Below are positions 1 through 14,700 of a stretch of DNA of 64,000 nucleotides, in pieces. The DNA is from Octopus sinensis (Eukaryota), in the NCBI RefSeq assembly GCF_006345805.1, contig NC_043003.1, positions 115,072,001 to 115,136,000 on the forward strand, written 5' to 3'. Within the stretch, counting starts at the first letter, position 1; each line of letters begins with the position of its first letter. The notes below the pieces were generated by a model. The model searched no databases and was not told where the DNA came from. It was given only the letters and a program-made list of their open reading frames with translations. The position numbers and the translations under genes are program-made.

Positions 1-1702
1 GCATTTATTAAATATTTTGAGTGAAATATCTGCAGAGCAAAAATGACAACAGAATTTACATGTCAATCAGTTGACGATCTCCAACAGATTTGGATTTTTG
101 ATATTATATTGGATTACCTCAACTGATTCACATGTAAATTCCGTAATGTCCTTTTTGTCCTAAAGATATTTCACTCAAAATCTTAAAAAAAATTGCAAAT
201 TTATTTCATATTACAAGTTTTGTAATTCGTATTGAGAGTAAATTGAATCAATTGTAGGCAATGCTAATTAATTAAAAATTAATTTATATCCATTATGTCT
301 CTCTACATTCATACATAATATTTGATATTTGTATGGTACATTTATTGAAGAATTATATCTTCATAGTATAATATATTAAACCAGGGTATCTTGGATAAAA
401 CTATCCCTATGAGAGGTTTATTATATCTTCATGATAACCACGCACACACACATATACACGCAGAGTTAAGTGTTCAAGTAATGGTGGGGATGAAGATGGC
501 ATTCATGGTGATGGCGAAGCTGGATGCAAAGATGATATAGATGAGGAAATGGAAATGTTTATAAACGTGTAAAGATATCATTGATTACAATGAAATTCTC
601 CTCTCTCTCTCTCTCTTCGCCTAATCCTGCTGATCCTCTTCATCATCATCTCTGCCATCTTTTCTTTGATAGATTCAATCTATTTAGTTACTCAAACCTC
701 TGTTCTTGCGATTTCATTGTTTATGTTTGTACATTGGACTATTTTGCCGCTAGAAACAGCAGCAACATCTCCTAACTATAGTAGCTTACCCATCTACTAG
801 TTAGAAAGCAGAAACTACATTTGAACGTGTAGTGGTGGTAAGGACAAAGATACCTGATGGGCAGGAATGAAAGCTTTTCATCACAAGATTAGTCAAACAT
901 ACCTAACATACACATTCGATTGATGTTCACAATAATATAATCTTACATATGATATAAAATTCCTAATACCTGTGTCTCTTTTCTAGAATATTTTAATGTT
1001 TTACAATCATCATATAACACACATTATATACATCTCTCTCTCTCTCTCTCTCTTTCCCTCTTCATATATATATATATATTATATATATATATATACATAC
1101 ATACACATACGTACATGCAAAATTATACATTATGCGAACAACAGCTGCAATTCTTAAAAGTAATATCTCGTTTTGATGTTTTGCATTATTCAGGTGTTAA
1201 GTAACCTTTCAAGACTAGCTTTAAGAACACCAGTCTTCGATCGACCGTTCCCCATCTCCCTCCCCCTCTCTCTCTTCCTCCTTCCCCTATTCCCTTCCCT
1301 CCCTCACTCTCCCCCCACACACATATATATAATTTCCTTCTGCGCCTATCCTTCCTTGTGCGTCTTAGCCTCTCTTTATCTGTGCATGCGTTTCATGTTC
1401 TTATTCATTTATTCTTAATGTCTTTTTTTTCCTGTCTTCTAAAGCATTCAATATATTTTTACACTTTGCATCTAAAATATCATTTCCTGCATATACATGG
1501 ATCCAGATAAAAGAAAAATGGTGTCTGATTACTTTTGAAATTTTAAGAATTCTAGAATTGTTTTACCATTTTTCTTGCGTCATTTTATTTTGAATTTTTA
1601 TTTTTAAACATTTTATTCTTTGAAAATTTTAAAACGAGTTCCTCAATACTAGGAGAGTGGATACTGTACTTTATTGCTACGTCTATACATCATTTGTGCT
1701 TT

Positions 1703-2767
1703 CCATGTATTTTAGCTGCCCCTACGCATGTAGGCGGATGTTTGGCTGCCGGTCGCCTTCCATGTATTTTAGCTGCCCCTACGTATGTAGGCGTATGTAT
1801 GGCTGCCGGTCGCTTTCCATGTATTTTGGATGTCCCTATGTTCTTAGGCGGATGTATGGCTGCCGGTCGCTTTCCATGTATTTTAGCTGCCCCTAAGTAT
1901 ATAGGCGTATGTATGGCTGCCGGTCGCTTTCCATGCATTTTAGCTGCCCCTAAGTATGTAGGCGGATGTATGGCTGCCGGTCGCTTTCCATGTATTTTGG
2001 ATGCCCCTACGTTCTTAGGCGGATGTATGGCTGCCGGTCGCTTTCCATGTATATTAGCTGCGCCTGGATGTATGGCTGCCGGTCGCTTTCCATGTATTTT
2101 AGCTGCCCCTAAGTATGTAGGCGGATGTATGGCTGCCGGTCGCTTTCCATGTATTTTGGATGCCCCTACGTTCTTAGGCGGATGTATGGCTGCCGGTCGC
2201 TTTCCATGTATTTTGGATGCCCCTAAGTATGTAGGCGGATGTTTGGCTGCCGGTCGCCTTCCATGTATTTTAGCTGCCCCTACGCATGTAGGCGGATGTA
2301 TGGCTGCCGGTCGCTTTCCATGTTTTTTAGCTGCCCCTACGCATGTAGGCGGATGTATGGCTGCCGGTCGCTTTCCATGTATTTTGGATGCCCCTAAGTA
2401 TATAGGCGTATGTATGGCTGCCGGTCGCTTTCCATGTATTTTAGCTGCCCCTACGTATGTAGGCGGATGTATGGCTGCCGGTCGCTTTCCATGTATTTTA
2501 GTTGCCCCTACGTATGTAGGCGGATGTTTGGCTGCCGGTCGCCTTCCATGTATTTTAGCTGCCCCTACGTATGTAGGCGGATGTTTGGCTGCCGGTCGCT
2601 TTCCATGTATTTTGGATGCCCCTAAGTATATAGGCGTATGTATGGCTGCCGGTCGCTTTCCATGTATTTTAACTGCCCCTACGTATGTAGGCGGCTGTAT
2701 GGCTGCCGGTCGCCTTCCATGTATTTTAGCTGCCCCTACGTATGTAGGCGGATGTTTGGCTGCCGGT
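1703..2767. repeat. 57-bp minisatellite, 19 units (one unit carries a 12-bp deletion)
   Basis: Unit ccatgtattttagctgcccctacgtatgtaggcggatgtatggctgccggtcgcttt repeated in tandem. The 19-aa periodicity is visible in both the + and - ORFs of the track. Confidence 0.97.
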
Positions 2768-3186
2768 CTGAATAGACATACTGTGCCATATTTCATTTTC
2801 ATTTCGAATTTCAGTTTTCAGACTGACCAAGGTATTTAGGTTAGCTGGCCACATGTCATTGTAAAATCTTATTGAATAGATACGTCTTTTGGTGCATGTT
2901 GCAGCCCCGGTTAAAAGCAAACATTTTAGTGAATGCAGTTGAGCAAATATAATAACACGGAGATTGATATCAAACGAATGCGACGACTCCAAACAACAAC
3001 ATTATCCATTGTTATTAGGCCATTTGGAATAATATAAAAAGGGACAAATAAATATGAAGGCCAAATTTGTCGCAGTTCCGAATAAAGGGGATTACAAAAT
3101 ATCAAACTGATAAGCGTCTCACTCATTTTACAAAAATTTGGCTTCTTTTTTTTTCCTTTTTGATGTTCGTTAAAGACATAGAATTT

Positions 3187-3284
3187 CCATGTATTTTAGC
3201 TGCCCCTACGCATGTAGGCAGATGTATGGCTGCCGATCGCTTTCCATGTATTTTAGCTGCCCCTACGCATGTAGGCGGATGTAT
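3187..3284. repeat. Orphan 1.7 units of the same 57-bp minisatellite
   Basis: ccatgtattttagctgcccctacgcatgtaggc... occurs twice, about 420 bp downstream of the main array. Confidence 0.93.
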
Positions 3285-3387
3285 CAGTGGTGACATATAT
3301 TTGAATAATGGATCAACTGCACTGAAATTTACTCTCTACGCATCTACGTGAAAATCAAAATTAAATTTGTTCGTTTTTTGACAACAA

Positions 3388-3810
3388 TAGGTGTAGGGGT
3401 GGCTTTGTGGTAAGTAGCTTGCTTACCAACCACATGGTTTCGGGTTCAGTCCTGCTGCGTGGCAACTTGGGCAAGTGTCTTCTACTATAGACTCTCTCCC
3501 CGACCAAAGCCTCGTGAGTGGATTTGGTAGACGGAAACTGAAAGAAACCCGTAGTATATATGTATATATATGTATATAAATATATGCATGTGTGTGTATA
3601 TGTTTGTGTGTTGTGTTTCCCCCCCAACATCGCTTGACACCCGATGCCGGTGAGTTTACATTCCGTAACTTAGCGGTTCAGCAAAAGAGGCGATAGAATG
3701 AGTAGTAGGCTCACAAAGAATAAGTTCTGGGGTCGATTTGCTCGACTAAAGGCGGTGCTCCAGCATGGCCACTGTCAAATAACTGAAACAAGTAAAAGAA
3801 AGTAAAAGAG
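3388..3810 (+). mobile_element. tRNA-derived SINE, family A (internal TA/TG microsatellite, (gtaaaaga)n tail)
   Basis: Head gtggtaagtagcttgcttaccaaccacatggtttcgggttcagtcc with Pol III A/B-box-like motifs. Body and tail are shared with the copies at 4844, 6811 and 59177. Confidence 0.88.
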
Positions 3811-4467
3811 AACAATATTTACACGAATTAAAATAAATCCGTGAAAATCTTTATTTCTGTATCTACGTACCTATAAAAACAGACATTACACATTTACATC
3901 GGCAAACGCCCATATGAGTGTCTGTTTGTCAGTAAGTACACACAAGTATATATACACGACTCACAAATATTGTAATACAATTCGTTTAATTGATAAACAC
4001 TCCGATAGAATCAAGCTTATTTGGCAGTTGTATCGCTTTCATTGATAGTTTTAAATTGCTTTCTCGGGTTTTCCTTCAATCTACAATGGATTTTCTCTCA
4101 TTTATTTATTTATTTATTTATTTATTTTCATTTAAGATATTGAAAATGGTTGACGGAGGAAACTTAAGACTAAAATGTCAACGACGCAACTTATAAGTTT
4201 GTGTGATAGAGAAACAGCGTAAATGGATTAAGATAGATGCGAAGATAGAAACCATAGAAATTTAGTAGCGTAAATTGCACATTGAAGCGAGTACATACAT
4301 AGTCAGACAAAAATACACCCAAAAATACGATCCCTCACGGGAATAATATAATCAGCCGAGAGAAATCGGAAGAGAAATCTGGTTTAGTAGCCTGCTTTGG
4401 AACGTTATGTGTGCGCAATATATCACGTGTCTACATACATACATACATAACGTATATGCATATATAA

Positions 4468-4530
<63 letters not shown>

Positions 4531-4532
4531 TC

Positions 4533-4824
4533 TCACGTGATCACGTGACAGACCATCAGATATTGTTACACATCGCTGGTCACAATGCGTTCGGATTGTT
4601 TTAGCCTTCGAATGACGCCACCCCACTGGCTAAGCGAGCAGGCCAAAAGAAGGAAAAGTGGGAGAAAGAGTGGCGAAAGAGTACAGCAGGGATCACCACC
4701 CCCTGCCGGGGCCTCGTGGAGCTTTTTAGATGTTTTCGCTCAATAAGCACTCACAACGCCCGGTCTGGGAATTAAAACCGCGATCCTACGACCCCGAGTC
4801 CGCTGCCCTAACCACTGGGCCATT
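4533..4824 (-). mobile_element. tRNA(Arg)-like SINE, family B, tail type 1
   Basis: Reverse complement reads tggcccagtggttagggcagcggactcggggtcgtaggatcgcgg... and ends tcacgtgatcacgtga. Matches the copies at 11225 and 23376. Confidence 0.88.
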
Positions 4825-4843
4825 ATATATATATAAACATAGA

Positions 4844-5015
4844 TTGTGGCCATGTTGGAGCACCGCCTATAGTCGAGCAAATCGACCCAGGGACTAATTC
4901 TTTGTAAGCCTAGGACTTATTCTATCTGTCTTTTTTGCCGAACCACTAAGTTATGGGGACCTAAACACACCAGCATCGGTTGTCAACCGATGGTGGGGGG
5001 ACAGACACAGACACT

Positions 5016-5085
<70 letters not shown>

Positions 5086-5234
5086 CGACGGGCTTCTTTC
5101 AGTTTCCGTCTAACAATTCCACTCACAAGGCTTTGGTTGGCCAGGGGCTATAGTAGAAAACACTCGCAGTCGGACTGAACCCGGAACCATGTGGTTGGTT
5201 AGCAAGCTACTTACCACATAGTCAATCCTTCGCC

Positions 5235-5236
<2 letters not shown>
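4844..5236 (-). mobile_element. SINE family A
   Basis: Reverse-complement match to 3388-3810 and 6811-7200. Confidence 0.87.
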
Positions 5237-5285
<49 letters not shown>

Positions 5286-5567
5286 GCAGTTAGGAACAGC
5301 CATGTCTTAGTCAGTCAGTGGAAGGACTTTACGACCTCATATGTTCTTAAAATTTAAATCCACATCTTTGTCTGTATATCTACCTACTCTATAATGTTGC
5401 CACTTGATTTGAAAAATTTTGTATTAATGGAAAACCTCTATAATTGACTGCTGAGTACTCAGCATCTTAAATCCGTTGTAATACTTACAACATTTAATAA
5501 AATGATGTAGTTCGAAACGATCGTACCAAATTACCGGAGTTATTCTTGTTGCTTATTTCGAGTATAT

Positions 5568-5600
<33 letters not shown>

Positions 5601-6413
5601 GCATATTATTTATATAATGTAGTCAAATGTTTCAGAATATCGTCATAGAACACGAAACTTCGAGAAGCAACGTTGTTTAAATGAGTACCAAAATTAAACA
5701 CGCACACGCACACAGACATGTAGGCGTAGACCTTCCTGTGGGTATGTTTGTATTTATAATCGTTGTGGTAAGAAATTTACTTTTCAACCAGATGCTTCTA
5801 CGTTTTTGCCCATTCCAATTTGCTTTATTTAATTTGCTTTGCGGGAGCAACTGCTTTATCGAAAGAGTATATTATCGAAAGCGTATATCTTTCCTAGAAA
5901 GTACTGTTGCTGAATATCTCACGTTGTGAGATTTGAAAATAGTAATCTTCTAATATATAAATCTGTAACGAGTTGTCACTATATATTTCGAACGAGAATT
6001 TGGCAGCGCCACCTCTAGCCGAGCAATTGTTCTGTGCCGATGAAGAGATATAACCTAGAAATCGTGATACACAGATGTTGTTTTGAGCTGAGTGGGGGTG
6101 CTAGATTCCCTTGTTCGAAAATATAAGGACACAGATCGTGTTGTATAGCCAGCTGGAGATGATGTCTCCTGGTGCTAAATTACAGCAGCATTAGTCCTAA
6201 ACAGTACTGCGATGTTTATGTTAGCAAACAATCTTTTCTATAGCGTATATTGTTGTTAAATACTCGAAATACGAGACTAGAAAAACGGCCAACTACTTGT
6301 GAAGGGTCGTTCTCTATTTCATTTGTTTTGTTTCTCATTGGTGTCTTTCGTTGTCCCATGTACTCGTGCTTCGTACTTTTTCGTCGAACACGTTTCGTGA
6401 CATCATGTGCCCA

Positions 6414-6721
<308 letters not shown>

Positions 6722-6755
6722 TATGTATATGTATATATGTATATATATATGCATA

Positions 6756-6793
<38 letters not shown>

Positions 6794-6810
6794 TACATAT
6801 ATATATACAT

Positions 6811-7200
6811 TGGCTGTGTGGTAAGTAGCTTGCTAACAAACCACATGGTTCCGGGTTCAGTCCCACTGCGTGGCATCTTGGGCAAGTGCCTTCTGCTATA
6901 GCCCCGGGCCGACCAATACCTTGTGAGTGGATTTGGTAGACGGAAACTGAAAGAAGCCTGTCGTATATATGTATATATATATATATGTATGTGTGTGCGT
7001 TTGTGTGTCTGTGTTTGCTTGACAACCGATGCAGGTGTGTTTACGTCCCTGTCACCTAGCTGTTCGGCAAAAAGAGACCGATAGAATAAGTACTGGGCTT
7101 ACAAAAAGAATAAGTCCCGGGGTCGAGTTGCTCGACTAAAGGTGGTGCTCCAACATGGCCGCAGTCAAATGACTGAAACAAGTAAAAGAGTAAAAGAGTA
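6811..7200 (+). mobile_element. SINE family A
   Basis: tggctgtgtggtaagtagcttgctaacaaaccacatggttccgggttcagtccc ... gactgaaacaagtaaaagagtaaaagag. Confidence 0.9.
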
Positions 7201-7203
7201 TAC

Positions 7204-7278
<75 letters not shown>

Positions 7279-7386
7279 AATCCAAACGGGAAAACAGAAA
7301 AAACAACAACACGTGGAACAATTACAGTATTATTATTAATAGGCGCTCAGGAAAGATGGAAGCAAGGAGGTATATATATATATATA

Positions 7387-7761
7387 CTAGCAGTATCGCC
7401 CGGCGTTGCTCAGGTTGTAAGGGAAATAACTATAAAGCATTTTTAGAGAGTTATAGCCAAAAATAGCAAAAAAATGGAAAAAAATGATGGTAAATTTTTT
7501 TGATAGTTAAAAAAGGTGGAGTTGCGTCCCCTACACAGTTTGTGGTTTGTGTTCCTGATTCTCGACCCCATGTCGAATTTATCGATTTTTTTCAGAACTG
7601 GGGGAACTTTTCAAAATTTTCGCTGCGTTAGTTTTGAATTATGACATTGGGCTATGTGTATGTCAAGTTTCATCAGAATCGGTTGAAAGCCGTGGTGAGG
7701 AAGAGGGTACAAGCAAACAGACACACAGAAACACGCACAGACAAACTGCCGTTTATATAGA
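7387..7761 (-). mobile_element. Non-autonomous Helitron
   Basis: On the - strand it begins TC and ends with a GC-rich subterminal hairpin-like motif followed by CTAG. It is inserted between A and T. The 3' end is shared with 15747-16141. Confidence 0.8.
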
Positions 7762-8156
7762 TATATATATATATATATATATTTATATACATGCACATGT
7801 ACAGAGAACATGTAATCGGTTTCACTCATTTGGTCTGTTAATAACATTCACTTTTTGAACTGATTTTGGTTATTTCCTTTTCTTTTAATAGAATTAGAGA
7901 ACTGAGTGATTAAGTGCGTCTTAAGACAATAAGTCTTCGTTATAAACAGTCTGCCATATCAGTACAAACCACTTGACTTAATCCTTTGGCTTATAAAAAG
8001 GAAATTACGACGATATTGATGATGATTACAATGTTTGTGTGTGTGTGTGTGTGTGTGTGTGAGATATACGTATACATCTATATGTACATTACCTCGACTA
8101 AATAGACACACACACACACATATATATATGTATGTATATATATATATACATGTATG

Positions 8157-8213
<57 letters not shown>

Positions 8214-8337
8214 ATATAGATATATATATATTATTATTATTATTATTATTAATTAATCAATATCAGGGTAGCAAAAGATTCAAGAGAAATTTTTCGCCGT
8301 CAGCGGTCCAGTGAGAAAGAAAAAGTGTTCTTATATA

Positions 8338-8377
<40 letters not shown>

Positions 8378-8925
8378 GAGTGTGTGCGTGTGTGTCTATA
8401 ATATATACGTACATGCACAGTCATATATACACGGTATCACTGTATTCAGCAATTCATATAGATATAGATAGACTCCAGTATGTTAGCTTGTAGTACACAG
8501 TAATTCAAATAACAAAGCCACACAGCGTATACTAAGGATTACAATGTAAAAAGGAAAACGGAAAACGTCTATTTCCCAGTAGATGTCTTAGGTTATTAAA
8601 GACTGGAAATCTCTCGTCCAAACCTGTTTCATGCTAATTCTAAACTTTCGTTTCTCTTTCTCTTAATGTCTTTGCGTCCTTGTTTTCTTCAATGCTCTCT
8701 CTCTCTCTCTCTCAATGCATGTCGCTCTCTGTCTATCTGTCTGTTTGTCTGTCTATCTCTTTCTCTTTCTCGCCCTTTCTCTGCACTCTTACATATATGT
8801 GAGTTTGTGTGTATGTGTGTGTGTGTGTGTCCCCGTCTGTCTCTGTGAATGTGCTTGTTTGCGTAAGCATGTATATTTGTTTATATTTGTGGGTGTATAT
8901 ATATATATATATATATAATATATAT

Positions 8926-9004
<79 letters not shown>

Positions 9005-9125
9005 TATACATACATATATATATATATATGTATATATCTATAAATCTATAACCATCTATATAGTAGTTATATAATATAAATGGATATGGATACACACATA
9101 CACACACACACACACACACACATAT

Positions 9126-9198
<73 letters not shown>

Positions 9199-9199
<1 letters not shown>

Positions 9200-9408
9200 T
9201 GTTGTGTCTGGGGAGAGTCATTCTATTTTAGTGCCTTATTATTTAACACACTTACCGGTAAAATTTCCACTTATTTCTTATTTTTCTTATTTTTTTAAAA
9301 TAAAAAATAAAAATTTTTAAAATTAATAAAAAAGAGGCGGGAATTTTACCGGTGAGTGTGTTAAATAATAAGGCACTAAAATAGAATGACTCTCCCCAGA
9401 CACAACAG
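9199..9408. repeat. Fold-back with 70-bp near-perfect arms and an AT-rich spacer
   Basis: ctgttgtgtctggggagagtcattctattttagtgccttattatttaacacacttaccggtaaaatttcc (9199-9268) is inverted at 9339-9408. It is flanked by (TA)n. Confidence 0.93.
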
Positions 9409-9465
9409 AATATGCTTCAACACACGAACTCATATAAAGAATCTTGCAAACCAAATCCCAAAACG

Positions 9466-9503
<38 letters not shown>

Positions 9504-9926
9504 TCGTATATGAATATATATAGCGGTATATATATTTGTATGTGTGTGTATGTATATATATATATATATTGATTTATTGAGTTTTTGATTGATAAATGGT
9601 TACATTCACCGCGTTATAAAAGTTCTGTTATGGAATTTATCCTGAAAATTGTGAATCGTTACTGAAAATGTGGAAAAACGGCCTCTTTTTTAGAATCCAA
9701 GATCTAAATCAATGTCTTAGGTTTCATGATTCAGCCTCCCACTCCTCTGTCGCTATCTTTGACTTACGCAACATCTTAGTCATTTCTTTTCGCATTGTTA
9801 ACCTCATATCCCACATGAAACTCTACAATTCTACAATCATACATCCCTCGTACACTGCTTGTCTGAAGGTAGATTTTAAAATTTTACCACACATATATTG
9901 CTCGTGTGGTATTTCTATACATCATA

Positions 9927-10870
9927 CGAGGAGTGTTCATTAATGATTACTGTTAACCCACTTCCGAATAACTGGGAAAATGAAACTTGGCCTAATTATT
10001 TGTCCTTCTCTACATAGCCACCACCAATGGTGACACACTTCTCCCATCGCTTTATGCAGCTGTGAAGACTTCGTCTTTAGAAGTTTGTAGGTTGCGTCTG
10101 GAGCCAAGGTTTTAACTCGGGAAGAAGTTCATCATCACCCGAAAAGTGCTTTTCTTTCAAAAAAAAACTTCGTGTTTGGAAAGAGTCGAAAGTCAGATTG
10201 TACGAGGTCGTTACATGTCTAGGAGTTGTGCCACTACATACTTCCATTACTTTTCATTTGTTATCATTGAAATTTTGATCATTCCACTTTGCTATCAACG
10301 ACGTCAATTTCTGTGTCAAAATCATGTCAATTTTTTTTTTTAGTAAGAGGACGTGGTTTTCTTGTGTGACATTTAAGGCAGAATTCTTTTCCACCCTTGT
10401 ACCGTGCGATGCCGTTTATCATTATTTAAGAAGGAACTGAAGGTCGCTCTTGTCAGATCGATTCTAGAACAAGATGGTATTCCTATCGATAAGTATTTAA
10501 TTTTGTCATAGTTTGTGGCTAGTCTCACCCCAAAGAACACGTTTTATAAGGAGTAAAAAATTTAATAAGTAATGTAAGTTTTCACTGTAGAAAACTTTAG
10601 ACCGGAGAATAGTTTTTTAGATCATCAACCAATCTAATTAACCATTTCTCTGTGGCTTTCTCTGCTGCAGAAACATTTTTCTAGCATATCTCTATATCTG
10701 TAGGCAGCGGTAAACTCTTTCAAGTCAGTCTATAATCTGCTGATATGTAAATGCGTTCGTAATTATCATCCCAGCGTTTTTACATGTCTATGGTTTTATG
10801 AGACATCTTTGTGATATTTTTTGCATGCTGTCACCGGAATACATAATCGCTGATTCCACTTCACTATTTT
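9927..10870 (-). mobile_element. Degenerate mariner/Tc1 transposon relic
   Basis: The - strand gives RWEKCVTIGGGYVEKDK* (mariner C-terminus), DLVQSDFRLFPNTK (SPDLAPSDFHLFP-like) and ENPRPLT (HDNARPHT-like). A TA+CGAGGAGTGTTCA TIR-like end lies at 9925. Many stops and frameshifts. Confidence 0.65.
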
Positions 10871-11129
10871 CTGCTACACCTATGAAGAAAAAAATCATGT
10901 GCAACGCTCGTTAAGACATATAGGAAGCCAGATGTCAACAGCACCCTCTGTCTGTCTGTCTCTCTCTCTCTCTCACCCTATCTCATTCGTACATACCATT
11001 TATTACGTCAACCTCATTTGTCTCCCATATTGTCTCATAGTTGTTGACGTCGTCTGTAGCAAGTTGACTTAGATTACGATATTTCTTTTAAGACATGAGA
11101 TTTTCATGTGAACAAAACACTTTCTTTAA

Positions 11130-11223
<94 letters not shown>

Positions 11224-11224
11224 A

Positions 11225-11499
11225 TGGAGGCGCAATGGTCGTAGGATCGCGGTTTCGATTCCCAGACCGGGCGTTGTGTGTGTTTATTGAGCGGAAACCC
11301 CTAAAAGCTCCACGATGCTCCGGCAGGGGATGGTGGTGATCCCTGCTGTACTCTTTCACCAATCTTTCTCTCACTCTTTCGTCTGTTGGCCTCCTCCCTT
11401 AGCCAGCGGGGTGGCGTCATTCGAAGGCTAAAACAATGCGAACGCATTGTGACCAGCGATGTGTAGCAACATTTGATGGTCGGTCACGTGATCACGTGA
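11225..11499 (+). mobile_element. SINE family B, tail type 1 (A-box/anticodon arm deleted)
   Basis: tggaggcgcaatggtcgtaggatcgcggtttcgattccc ... ggtcacgtgatcacgtga. Confidence 0.88.
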
Positions 11500-12234
11500 T
11501 ATATATGTATGTATGTATATATATTCTTTTCTCTATGACTGAATTCCATTGAACAAACCCTGATCAATGTGTACGATTGATTACCTCGATTATGTTTGGG
11601 GGTGACTCTTATGTCACAACTCGAATTCTACTTCTAACTGAACTCAGATTGCATCACAATGTAACGAACATATTCTGAAACATAAGGTTCCGTGTTTATT
11701 TAATTATTTTCACATAACATTCATTATGTACCTTATTGTCTTTTTCATCTTCGTTATTATCTGTTTATACGTTTTATTTACTATTATTAGTTGATTTATC
11801 ACAGATTTTTCCTTCACATATATCTTTTTCATTTTCGCCTATAAATTAGTTTTTGTTCAATAATCAAGCTGTTTTCTTTCTTTCGTTTTCTCACTTTGGT
11901 TTGCTCTTCCCGTTGTTGTATGTCGAAAATATATATATTTCAAGTTTACCTTGTCCACTAACTGTCTGTCTGACATAAGATTATGCTTACCTCTATGACA
12001 GTATAATATATATATATATAGTCAATAAAAAAGGGTAGAATTAATTCATTATTAATTAGTTCGACCGAGCAGTGTTCGGTATGTAAAATGACCATTTACG
12101 GTATATTTGAAATATTACTTTATAAAAATATTACTTTATAAAATATTACTTTGGCTGCTATTTCTAAAAAGCTCGGTGTGTGATAAAGTAAATTATTTTA
12201 CTTTACCCTATTTTTATAAAGTATATATATATTA

Positions 12235-12279
<45 letters not shown>

Positions 12280-12852
12280 TATGTGTGTGCGTGTGTGTGT
12301 ATACATATGTACTTACACTCTCACACACACGAAGTACCGCACATTTAACACTTCTAGTAACTACGGTTTCTTCACTAGCACGCTCTTCACATCATTTCTT
12401 TCTATTCCAGGAATTGACCTCCAAACTAATAGACCTTATAACTGAATATAGAACGAAAGTTTCTTTTTATTGGAATTTATACAAATTTGTGTCAATATCA
12501 CCTGTTTTAATAACGCAAACTAATCCTCCTATCAAAATGGCTGAATTGTTGCTAAAGTTTTATACAATTTTCTCTATAGTCACACACTCACACACACACA
12601 CACCACCACACACAATTTCATGTATTGTTACGTACGTATGTATGTAAGTGTATATGCATATCTACATATATTCTTACATGTAGATGCATATGTATTTATA
12701 AATACACATATATACGTATGTATATATATATGAATGAATATATACATGTATATAATATGTATATATATATATATATATATATACAGACACAGACACAGAC
12801 ACACACATATATATATGTGTTTATATGTATATATATATATATATATTATATA

Positions 12853-12890
<38 letters not shown>

Positions 12891-13377
12891 TTATATATAT
12901 ATATATATATTCTTAGATATATACATAGACAAATTATTCAACTATTGTAGCCACACTGTGATGCATGTGTTTTGTTATGTAGAAGAACGTGTCTGTGAGT
13001 GTTTAGGTGTATGTAAGCAGTCACACAGTCCAATTCGCTTGCACATGACTCATATATCAACCGTGTTTATACACATATTTATGTTACATTACTCTCTATA
13101 CTATTGTATAAGGCTACTTGACAAAATTACCTTCGCTTACCAGTCAAGCTATAAGACCATCTGTGCTGAGAAGCGGTTGTTTTCTTCGATATAAATGACA
13201 GTTTAATGGAAAACGAAGTATACAGTTTTAGTAATTTTATATATTGTCTGACACACAGCTCAACGATTCATAATAGTCGCACAGAAACAAATATACACAG
13301 ATGTCAGGTAAAGAAGTTGAAAGAAAATTAGAAAAACAGCGAAAGAGTAAAATTGCAGTAATAACAACATTAATATA

Positions 13378-13671
13378 GCAACAAAATGATGATGATAGTA
13401 GTAGTTGTAGTGGTAGTAGTAGTAACAGCAGCAGCAGCAGCAATAATAATAATAGTAACAACAACAAGAATAATAATAAAAATAATTAATACATAATAAT
13501 AAATATATAAATAAATAAAGTATTGTATTTTTATCGTATCATTCAATAATAATACAAATACTACTACCACAACTACTACTACTACTACTACTACTAATAA
13601 TAATAATAATGATAATAAAAATAATAATAATAATAACTATAACAATAATAATAATACAAAAACAACTGCTA

Positions 13672-13758
<87 letters not shown>

Positions 13759-13774
13759 ATACTACTACTACTAC

Positions 13775-13815
<41 letters not shown>
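13378..13815. repeat. Compound trinucleotide microsatellite (TAG/CAG/AAT/CTA)n
   Basis: Directly visible. It explains the poly-L, poly-S and poly-I ORFs. Confidence 0.95.
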
Positions 13816-13816
<1 letters not shown>

Positions 13817-14524
13817 TCCGTTCCACTAGAAGCAGAATTCCTAAATGTTTTGGGGAAGAGGAAGAGCGATTACATGGATACCAGTGTTCCACTAGTAGTT
13901 ATGACATGGACCCCCAAAAAGATGAAAGTTGACCTCAGTGATATTTGACTAATAAAAATTATGATAATGATAACAACAACTAAAACAACAAGAACAACAA
14001 AAATCATAGTAATGATTTCTTTGTTAACCACTTAATGTTTACAATGAACTGAAGGACGCTACAGGAAGGCGTGAGGGCAGTGAAATAGAGATAAGAAATT
14101 TCGTCAAAAAGTGGGAGATCTTCAAGAAATTACCATGGTGAGCCTGGCCATTCAGGCAAATGTTTTCCCACCAACCTCTTCCGTCAATCTAGCGGCGCAT
14201 TCGCAGGGCAGGTCCGGTCGCAAAGATTATTCTTTCTACTTTCCTGCATCTTTCAAAACAAAGACTGGAAGTTAACATTTGCCTTGGATGTCCTGTGATC
14301 ATTCGTCCGTCGACTAAGGAATAACAGCGACAAGGGTCTTGTTTTAGATGTGATGTTGGTTATTGGTTTATGCAGCTTCGACAAGCAGCGCTCACAGTTC
14401 TCCTTTGGGGGAAAATACTCATTGTTTGAAAACTACTGTTACTCTTATACTGCTTTTTACATTCTTTTATGCCGTTTCTCATTGTATTCTCCCAAATCAT
14501 CTCCAATGACCTTGTGAACCCTCA

Positions 14525-14700
14525 GCGGTTACCGCAGAAAACACTGTTATTAATTGTGCCTGTCTTTACGTTCTGAATTCAAATTCTGACGTGATCGACT
14601 GCGCCTTTCATCCGTTCTGAGTCGATAAAATAAGTACCGCTTCAAACTGGGGTCGATGTGATCGCCTACACCTTCCCCAAAATTTCTGACTTTATACCTA
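14525..14700 (+). mobile_element. Degenerate SINE family C
   Basis: ttacgttctgaattcaaattc...gcctttcatccgttctgagtcgataaaataagtacc...ctggggtcgatgtgatcg. Confidence 0.65.

Noticed and set aside
1703-2767. CRISPR-like appearance of the repeat array
   Set aside because: The units are contiguous with no unique spacers, the context is eukaryotic, and there are no cas genes.
5948-6300. A|TCTTCTAATATATAAA, a Helitron-like 5' end
   Set aside because: No matching hairpin+CTAG|T 3' end could be identified.
7665-7685. Other CTGATGA/TCATCAG hits (7672, 31743, 43485, 44152, 46128)
   Set aside because: No flanking stems or correctly spaced GAAA. Expected by chance in AT-rich DNA.
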